From the NCBI GenBank assembly GCA_029269845.2, contig CP149973.1, forward strand, positions 270,001 through 302,000: 32,000 nt of DNA, given 5' to 3'. The DNA is from Opitutia bacterium KCR 482. GTDB taxonomy: Bacteria; Verrucomicrobiota; Verrucomicrobiia; Opitutales; Intestinicryptomonadaceae. The position numbers and the translations under genes were made by a program. The notes below the pieces were generated by a model. That model did no database searches. It was not told the DNA's origin and saw only the letters and a program-made list of their open reading frames with translations. Below are positions 25,966 through 32,000 of the stretch, piece by piece (position 1 is the stretch's first letter; each line of letters begins with the position of its first letter).

Positions 25966-27084
25966 TTAAAGAATCATGGATATGAAGTCCTGATTTGTTT
26001 TCGACTGGCTCATTCTTTTTATAAGCGTTTCCGCCGAATCTTCCGGCTTGGCCCCCGCCATTGCTCGTCTCAAAAACGACGCCGCCTCCAGCTCGTCCGC
26101 CGACAGCAAAAGTTCCTCGCGCCGCGTCCCCGACGCCGAAATGTTTATCGCAGGCCAAATCCTCAGTTCCGCGACTTTCCTGTCCAGAACCATTTCCATG
26201 TTGCCCGTGCCCTTGAACTCCTGAAAAATCAGGTCGTCCATTCGCGAGCCTGTCTCAATCAACGCCGACGCTATAATCGTCAGGCTTCCGCCCTCCTCCG
26301 TGTTTCGCGCCGCCGAGAAAATCTGCCTCGGACGCTCCAACGCCCGAATGTCGAGGCCGCCGCTCATCGTGCGTCCGCCGTTTGCCTTTGCCGAATTGTG
26401 CGCGCGAGAGAGCCGCGTGAGTGAGTCCATCAAAAGCACAACGTCTTTGCCCGTTTCGACCAAATGCTTTGCGCGCTCTATTGCGAGGTCGGCAATTCTG
26501 ATGTGGGTTTCGATATTTTCGTCGTTCGACGACGCGTAGATTTCGGCTTCGGGCAAGTCCATGCGGAAGTCGGTGACCTCTTCGGGGCGTTCGTCGACGA
26601 GCAGAATCATGAGTTTGCATTCGGGGTGGTTTTGTATTACCCCATAGGCGATGTCTTTAAGCAGCGTCGTTTTCCCCGTCCGCGGGGGAGCTACAATCAG
26701 CCCGCGTGTGCCCTTGCCTATCGGGCAGAATATGTCGATTACGCGGTTTGTCATGCGCTCGTCTTTTGTTTCGAGGCGGAGCTTTTTGTTAGGCGCGATA
26801 GTCGTCAGCTGTTGGAATGACGGCAGTTTGCGGCGTTCGGTGCACGGCACGCCGTCGATTGTTTCGATAAACCGCACTTTCGGGTTTTGATGCCCGTTTG
26901 CCTGATGCGCCTTTGCGGTGATGTACTGCCCCTTTTTGACGTTGAACCTGCGCACAAGCTCCTTCGGAACGTAGGGGTCGGTACGGCGGGTTTTGCCGCC
27001 GCGCTTCGGGTCGAGAAGCACGCCGTTGTTGTTTGTTGTGGGCGCGAAAATTCCGCCCACTTCGACTATTTCAAGGTTGTCCAT
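25966..27084 (-). CDS. rho: Transcription termination factor Rho (about 372 aa, short N-terminus)
   Basis: CPIGKGTRGLIVAPPRTGKTTLL (Walker A), LVDERPEEVTDF, DSLTRLSRAHN, GGSLTIIASALIETGSRMDDLIFQEFKGTGNMEMVLDR. I prefer ATG 27084 (MDNLEIVEVGGIF...). The 58-aa upstream extension in the track ORF has no Rho-like sequence. Confidence 0.9.
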   Translation of the reverse strand: MDNLEIVEVGGIFAPTTNNNGVLLDPKRGGKTRRTDPYVPKELVRRFNVKKGQYITAKAHQANGHQNPKVRFIETIDGVPCTERRKLPSFQQLTTIAPNKKLRLETKDERMTNRVIDIFCPIGKGTRGLIVAPPRTGKTTLLKDIAYGVIQNHPECKLMILLVDERPEEVTDFRMDLPEAEIYASSNDENIETHIRIADLAIERAKHLVETGKDVVLLMDSLTRLSRAHNSAKANGGRTMSGGLDIRALERPRQIFSAARNTEEGGSLTIIASALIETGSRMDDLIFQEFKGTGNMEMVLDRKVAELRIWPAINISASGTRREELLLSADELEAASFLRRAMAGAKPEDSAETLIKRMSQSKTNQDFISMIL

Positions 27085-27270
27085 GATTGTTAAATTTTGA
27101 TGTTTGCTGCGATTCCCGCGCACTCCGTCCCAAACGAAAAAATCGGCAAAATTGCGAGCGGAAAGAAAACCGCAAACGGCAAGCCCATGAAGAAAAAACG
27201 AAAATCGCGGACGCCGTTTTAACAAGAGACATTCAAGCGCGTTTTGCCCGCAAGACAAGCATATTTTGCG

Positions 27271-27317
27271 AAAAAATCAGCGCGTTGCAACCGCGCGGGC
27301 TTCGCGCATTATGCGCG
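27271..27317 (-). terminator. Candidate terminator after the exbD-like gene (two hairpins plus U-run)
   Basis: On the minus strand, cgcgca-uaa-ugcgcg is followed by gcgcg(g)u-ugca-acgcgc, then uga and U6 (plus-strand A-run at 27271-27276). Confidence 0.45.
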
Positions 27318-27380
27318 GAGGCGACGCCGCAAAAAGTCAGCCGCAAAGAAAACGCGCGGAGTTTTCGGCGGAGGCGGAAG

Positions 27381-27773
27381 TTATTTGTCGGTTTGCAGGC
27401 TGAGCTTTTTGATTTTCGCGACCTTCACGGAGTCGATAACGGAAGTCACGAAATGAAGAGGCGTCTGTTTGTCGGCAAGCAGAATGAGCGACGCGTCTTT
27501 GGGCAGCTCGCGTATCGTTTTTTCGAGGGCTTCGAAAGAGACTTCGCCCGCGTTGAAGTAGTAGCGTCCGTCCCTGTCAATCGCGATTGTGTCGGGCTTT
27601 TGTTTCGACGTCCCGACGGAGCTTTCCATGTTGGGCGGCGTGATGTCAACCGCGTAGATGTTTTTAAACTGCATCGTCAGAAGAAAGAAAAAGATAAGCG
27701 CGGTGAGAACGTCCACCATCGGGACGATGTTCACTTCCGCCTTTCTTCTGCGCCTGTTCTTCCTGATGTCCAC
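27381..27773 (-). CDS. ExbD/TolR-family biopolymer transport protein
   Basis: N-terminal basic stretch plus NIVPMVDVLTALIFFFLLT, the typical ExbD/TolR transmembrane segment. About 130 aa. Confidence 0.85.
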   Translation of the reverse strand: MDIRKNRRRRKAEVNIVPMVDVLTALIFFFLLTMQFKNIYAVDITPPNMESSVGTSKQKPDTIAIDRDGRYYFNAGEVSFEALEKTIRELPKDASLILLADKQTPLHFVTSVIDSVKVAKIKKLSLQTDK

Positions 27774-27776
27774 GGA

Positions 27777-28340
27777 CTATTTTCCGCTTTTTTGCTGAAT
27801 GTCGATAAGGCTTTCAACGCAGATGTTCAGACGCGCGCAAAGCTTGTCTATGCGTCTGTTGAGGTAGGAATTTCCGACGATGGCGGGAATCGCAATCGTA
27901 AGCCCCAAGATTGTGGTCGAAAGCGCAAGACCCACGCCGCGCGAGATTGTTTCGGGTGTCGGCAGGGAAGAAGAATCTACCGAGAACACCGCGACCAAGC
28001 CCGCGACCGTTCCCAACAGCCCCAAGAGCGGAGCGGCGGAAATCACGATGTCGAGCCAGAACATGCCGCGTTCGAGGCGCGTCATTTCAAGCTGGGCGAA
28101 AGCTTTGAGGGCTTCGGGATCGGGCTTGGAGGTGTTGAAATAGTACAGAATTCTTCCGACGGACGACGCGGGCGAAGCCGACGGCAGCACGCCCGAGACA
28201 AGCATGCCCGCGATTTCGCGCGGAACTACCTTTGAGTCGCGCAAAGAAATCAGCCTCTCTATGATTATAAAGAGAGCCAGAAACGAGCAAAAACCGAGCG
28301 GATAAATGAATATCCCCGCGCCTTCCAGAATGAATTTCAT
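27777..28340 (-). CDS. MotA/TolQ/ExbB-family proton channel protein
   Basis: Three hydrophobic segments and the conserved AAPLLGLLGTVAGLV motif. It lies 3 nt upstream of the ExbD-like gene. Confidence 0.85.
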   Translation of the reverse strand: MKFILEGAGIFIYPLGFCSFLALFIIIERLISLRDSKVVPREIAGMLVSGVLPSASPASSVGRILYYFNTSKPDPEALKAFAQLEMTRLERGMFWLDIVISAAPLLGLLGTVAGLVAVFSVDSSSLPTPETISRGVGLALSTTILGLTIAIPAIVGNSYLNRRIDKLCARLNICVESLIDIQQKSGK

Positions 28341-28342
28341 GA

Positions 28343-28942
28343 CTATTTAAAGTAAGGCAGAGACGCCGCCTTTTCCCTGATTGCCGACTCCGCGTCGAGT
28401 AGTTCCGCAATCGGGTCCCAAGTGCCAGAAACGAGAGCCGCGCGGGCGGTGTCGGGCATGGAGCACTTGCACGAGAAATCTCCGCAGGAGACCGTCATTG
28501 CGTCGAGGTTGACGTCCACGGGGGCGTCGGGGTTCTTCTCGATGAGTTCGCCGATTTTTTCGATGTCGGCGTGCGAGGCGCAGACGCAGGGAATGCCGAG
28601 TGTCGTCGAGTTGCCGAAGAAAATTTCGGCGAAGCTTTCGGCGACAATCGCCCTGAACCCGTAGTGCCAGAGCGACTGCGGCGCGTGCTCGCGCGACGAG
28701 CCGCAACCGAAGTTCGCGCCCGAAAGCAGGATTTTCGCGTTCTGTTTGCGCGGGTCGGTAAGCGGGTGGATCTTGTCCGTGCCGTCGGCGTTCTTGCGTT
28801 CGTCGTAAAATGCGTATTTGCCCAAGCCTTCGAAAGTCACGCAAACCATGAAGCGGGCGGGAATGATTCTGTCGGTGTCGATGTCGTTTCCGGGAATGAA
28901 AACGGCCTTGCCTTTAACGTCGTTGATTTTTTCGAGTGCCAT
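28343..28942 (-). CDS. leuD: 3-isopropylmalate dehydratase small subunit
   Basis: It aligns by eye along its length with E. coli LeuD: DIDTDRIIPARF, ILLSGANFGCGSSREHAPQSLWHYGF, AESFAEIFFGNS. No leuC is adjacent. Confidence 0.85.
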   Translation of the reverse strand: MALEKINDVKGKAVFIPGNDIDTDRIIPARFMVCVTFEGLGKYAFYDERKNADGTDKIHPLTDPRKQNAKILLSGANFGCGSSREHAPQSLWHYGFRAIVAESFAEIFFGNSTTLGIPCVCASHADIEKIGELIEKNPDAPVDVNLDAMTVSCGDFSCKCSMPDTARAALVSGTWDPIAELLDAESAIREKAASLPYFK

Positions 28943-29134
28943 AATTTTTTACAATCCCTCCATTAGAACGATTTTAATTTTTTCGACAACAATTTTTTCC
29001 GCCCCGCCGAAAATACGCGCGATTTTTCCGAACGCCCGCCGCCGAACGCTGTCTTAATAATAAAAGGAAAGCGCGGGACGGAAAAATGAAAGTCCGCTGC
29101 AATTTCCGCGAAAGAATACTCCTATTTTTACGAT

Positions 29135-29641
29135 ATGCAAAACATGAACGGATTAAAAAAACTTGTCTACCTGTTTTTCGCGTGCGCGTCGCTTGCGGCG
29201 TGCAACACCCAGCCTCCCGCGCAGAAAAGCCCCGAATGCACGGCGATTGAAACGGTCTATGCAATCGACAAACAAATAGTCTCGACGTCGAACACGGTTT
29301 CGGAAGTCGCGGCAAAGTCGCAGTCGGTGGCGCTGACTGGCTGCCCTCCCGAATTTATCGACGCGTATAGGGCGAACGTCAAGGCGTGGCAGAAACTCGC
29401 CGACATCGAAAAAAAGATGTACACGGTCAACATGACGAAGGCGCAAACCGACATCGCGAACTTCCTCTCCGAATACCAGTCGAACCCGTCGAAAGCTGCG
29501 GTGGAACTGAAACGCCGCTGGCCGTCGCAGGCAAAAGCAATCGACGAATGCACCGCGCAAATCGCATCGACCCGCGCCGACTACATCGCAATAGGCGTGA
29601 AGTACGACGCCGTCTACAACCAAAATTCGGGGCTGTTCTAA
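29135..29641 (+). CDS. Hypothetical lipoprotein
   Basis: Signal peptide with lipobox (LFFACASLAACNTQ) and consistent codon usage. I recognise no motif. Confidence 0.6.
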   Translation: MQNMNGLKKLVYLFFACASLAACNTQPPAQKSPECTAIETVYAIDKQIVSTSNTVSEVAAKSQSVALTGCPPEFIDAYRANVKAWQKLADIEKKMYTVNMTKAQTDIANFLSEYQSNPSKAAVELKRRWPSQAKAIDECTAQIASTRADYIAIGVKYDAVYNQNSGLF

Positions 29642-29704
29642 GCTCCGCAACGCAAAAATTCGGACATTTCGGCGGATTTTCGGAACAAGCCGCCCTATTC
29701 GCAA

Positions 29705-29733
29705 CGCGCGCCCGTTTTCGGCGCGCGCTTTTT
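29705..29733 (+). terminator. Rho-independent terminator
   Basis: cgcgcgcc / cgttttc / ggcgcgcg gives an 8-bp GC stem, then c and T5. Confidence 0.7.
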
Positions 29734-29831
29734 GCGCATTCGATTGATTTTGTATTTCGCTTGACTTTGCAAACGCCCGCGGTAGGGTAAAAAAAAATCG
29801 AATTGGGCGCAACCGCCCGAATTTTTGACGT

Positions 29832-30785
29832 ATGAAAATCGACAACCTGAAAATCTTCACCGGCAGAACGCACCCCGCTCTCGCCGAAGCAATCTGCAAA
29901 CAGCTGTCGCTGCCCCTTGGAAACGCATTGGTCGAATCCTTCCCCGACAGCGAAACTTTTGTCAAGATTATCGACCATATCCGCGGCGACGACGTTTTTA
30001 TTATCCAGCCCACGAGCCGTCCCACAAACGACAGCTTCATGGAATTGCTCATCATGATTGACGCCGCCCGCAGGGCTTCGGCAAAGCGCATCACGGCGGT
30101 TCTGCCCTTCTTCGGCTACGCCCGTCAGGACAGAAAAGACCAGCCGCGCGTTCCGATTACCGCAAAGCTTGTCGCAAACCTCCTGGTCGCAGCGGGCGCA
30201 AACCGCGTGCTTACGCTCGACCTCCACGCCAACCAGATTCAGGGCTTCTTCGATATTCCCTGCGACCACCTCTACGCGTCGCCGGTCATCTACGAATATC
30301 TGAAAAACCAGCCCGCAGACAACCTCACGATTTTCGCGCCCGACGTCGGCGGACTGAAACGCGCGCAGGCATACGCAACGCTTTTCAACTGCCAGCTCGG
30401 ATTCATCGCAAAGCGCAGAATCAGCGCGGAAGTTGTCGAGGCGACAAGCCTTGTCGGCGAAGTCGAAGGCCGCGACATTCTGATTGTTGACGACATGACG
30501 GAAACCGCGGGCACGCTTACCGCCGCCGCGAAAATCCTCAAAGACAAGGGCGCAAAAACAGTCAGAGCAGCAGTCACACACGCAGTGCTTACCGACAGCG
30601 CGTACGACAGACTTTCGGAAAAGTGGCTCGACGAACTCATTATTACAGACTCCACCCCGCCAGACCCGCGCTATGCCGACTACCCCATCACGGTACTCAG
30701 CGTCGCGAACCTGCTCACGGAGGCGATTCTGCGAATCCACAACAATATGTCGGTCACATCGCTCTTCAAAGTCAAGGGCTTCTAA
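29832..30785 (+). CDS. prs: Ribose-phosphate pyrophosphokinase (PRPP synthetase)
   Basis: FPDSETFVKI, FGYARQDRK, DLHANQIQGFFDIP, and the PRPP-binding loop ILIVDDMTETAGTL. Confidence 0.9.
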   Translation: MKIDNLKIFTGRTHPALAEAICKQLSLPLGNALVESFPDSETFVKIIDHIRGDDVFIIQPTSRPTNDSFMELLIMIDAARRASAKRITAVLPFFGYARQDRKDQPRVPITAKLVANLLVAAGANRVLTLDLHANQIQGFFDIPCDHLYASPVIYEYLKNQPADNLTIFAPDVGGLKRAQAYATLFNCQLGFIAKRRISAEVVEATSLVGEVEGRDILIVDDMTETAGTLTAAAKILKDKGAKTVRAAVTHAVLTDSAYDRLSEKWLDELIITDSTPPDPRYADYPITVLSVANLLTEAILRIHNNMSVTSLFKVKGF

Positions 30786-30810
30786 GCGGAAGACAGCTTG
30801 CAAAACAGAA

Positions 30811-30840
30811 AACGCCGTCGAATTTCGACGGCGTTTTTTT
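30811..30840 (+). terminator. Rho-independent terminator after prs (possibly bidirectional)
   Basis: cgccgtcga / att / tcgacggcg gives a 9-bp stem, then T7. An A-rich stretch on the left could also serve the convergent minus-strand gene. Confidence 0.8.
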
Positions 30841-30958
30841 GCCGGAGGAGACAATTACGGCGGAGAAAAATCGCCCTCCTATGCGCGAAGTTTTCAGTGA
30901 AAAAATAGACAAAAAAGCGGGCGCCTGTGGCGTCCGTTTCGAGGCGGGGTTGTTGCAG

Positions 30959-31930
30959 CTATGAGTTTGCGACGCTGTCGTAAAAGTCGGCAAGGCTTGG
31001 GCGCGGCTGCGTTTTGCCGTACTCCATAGCCGCCGACGGGTGTTTGCCGAAAAGCCCCGTCGCCATGTACGCGTGGTCGAAGCCCCACGAGTATTTTCCG
31101 CGCAGGGGTTCGATGAAGTTTTGCGCGCACTCCAAAATCGGGCGCATGTCAAGGCGTTTCAAATATCCCGCCAAAAGCTCCGTTCGACAGTTGCCCGCGC
31201 CGCGCCCAAGCCCGCAGAGCGTGCAGTCTACGATGTCCGCGCCGTTTTCGACCGCCTCAATCGTGTTGGCGAAGGCAAGTTGCAGGTTGTTGTGAATGTG
31301 CACGCCTGCGCGCTTTTCCGTACAGATATATTTGCACTTTGCGAGAATGTAGCGCAGGCGGTGTCCGTCAAGACCGCCGAAGCTGTCCATCATGTAGACA
31401 ATGTCGGCGCGGCTTTCGGCGGCGGCTTCGAACGACAGGTTCAGCTCGCGCTCGGAAAGCGTCGAAGTCGCCATGATGTTCACGCTCGTTTCGTAGCCGA
31501 GGTCGGCTGCGTATTTTACGATGTCGAGGGCTGCGGGCAAGTCTTTCGCGTATGTTGCAACCCTTATCAAATCGACGGGGCTGTCCGATTTTTTCGGCAG
31601 CTTCGGCTCGCATTTGCCGACGTCGAACATTGCAGCGATTTTAATCGGGCGCGGATTGTCGCCCACGATTTTCTTTACGGAATCCTCGTCGCAGAACCGC
31701 CACTTTCCGTATTTTTCGGGGTCGAAAAACTTGCGGCCGTTCTTGTAGCCGATTTCCATGTAGTCTATGCCGGCGTCGGCGCAGGCGTCGTAGACGGCGC
31801 GAACGGTTTTGTCGTCGAAGCGGCTGTTTGTGATTGCTCCGCCGTCGCGGATTGTGCAGTCGAGCACGGCGACCCCCTCGTTCGGGAATGTGCGTTCCGC
31901 CTCGATTTTCTTTTTGTCGAACGTTTCCAT
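30959..31930 (-). CDS. HMGL-like (DRE-TIM metallolyase / pyruvate carboxyltransferase fold) aldolase-family protein
   Basis: LDCTIRDGG near the N-terminus, and HIHNNLQLAFANTIEAVENGADIVDCTLCGLGRGAGNC (metal-binding HxH and GxGxRAGN-like motifs). Confidence 0.8.
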   Translation of the reverse strand: METFDKKKIEAERTFPNEGVAVLDCTIRDGGAITNSRFDDKTVRAVYDACADAGIDYMEIGYKNGRKFFDPEKYGKWRFCDEDSVKKIVGDNPRPIKIAAMFDVGKCEPKLPKKSDSPVDLIRVATYAKDLPAALDIVKYAADLGYETSVNIMATSTLSERELNLSFEAAAESRADIVYMMDSFGGLDGHRLRYILAKCKYICTEKRAGVHIHNNLQLAFANTIEAVENGADIVDCTLCGLGRGAGNCRTELLAGYLKRLDMRPILECAQNFIEPLRGKYSWGFDHAYMATGLFGKHPSAAMEYGKTQPRPSLADFYDSVANS

Positions 31931-31933
31931 TTC

Positions 31934-31964
31934 AAAAAAAAGCCGCGCGCACGCGGCGCACGGC
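31934..31964 (-). terminator. Terminator of the upstream minus-strand gene, abutting the next start codon
   Basis: The minus-strand hairpin (plus strand gccgcgcgc-acgcg-gcgcacggc, 31942-31964) has 4+4 bp with one mismatch. It is followed by U8 (plus-strand A-run 31934-31941), which ends 3 nt before ATG 31930. Confidence 0.5.
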
Positions 31965-32000
31965 TTTTCCCCATTCCGCGTGTTATTTCATCATTTCGTC

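Noticed and set aside
27087-28235. 382-aa + strand ORF spanning the rho leader and antisense to the exbD/exbB-like genes
   Set aside because: Shadow ORF with an R/K/E-rich translation. The minus strand carries ExbB/ExbD transmembrane motifs.
29427-30854. 475-aa minus-strand ORF antisense to prs
   Set aside because: Shadow ORF. The PRPP synthetase motifs are on the + strand.
31985-32000. 3' end of another minus-strand gene (...DEMMK*) at the window edge
   Set aside because: Only 16 nt are visible, which is too short to call as a feature. It is mentioned only as context for the terminator at 31934-31964.

Overview
The window looks like a chromosomal segment of a moderately GC-rich bacterium. 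Third codon positions are strongly GC-biased, which produces many long antisense shadow ORFs in the six-frame track. I see no rRNA, tRNA, CRISPR array, transposase or integrase. Most of the window is housekeeping. On the + strand: the 3' end of a probable glycoside hydrolase/esterase, potABCD, purF, malQ, ptsI, a GlcD-like FAD oxidase, and two secreted proteins, one of them glycoside-hydrolase-like. On the - strand: a PPi-dependent phosphofructokinase, clpC-mcsB-mcsA, and a long divergent purA-like gene. After the accessory locus come rho, exbD/exbB-like genes and leuD (all -), then a lipoprotein and prs (+), and an HMGL-like aldolase (-). The clearly accessory locus is a tightly coupled + strand cassette at 22114-25376, between purA and rho. 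It encodes an 86-aa ORF, a compact SNF2-family helicase, a PP-loop 'PAPS-reductase' protein (IbrA-like) and a ParB/Srx-fold protein with a C-terminal HTH (IbrB-like). It resembles the PP-loop plus ParB-like logic of Dnd, Ssp and Dpd DNA-modification systems but lacks their other components, so it is my best candidate for an uncharacterised DNA-modification or defence module. Non-coding oddities include a dense cluster of perfect palindromes and shared repeat modules right after the cassette. There is also a roughly 125-nt structured element abutting the rho stop codon. Three tandem ~60-bp repeats, each carrying a terminator-like hairpin, lie between two convergent genes. A purine/G-rich tract sits in the divergent purA/cassette intergenic region. 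All functional calls rest on motifs read by eye; no database search was run.
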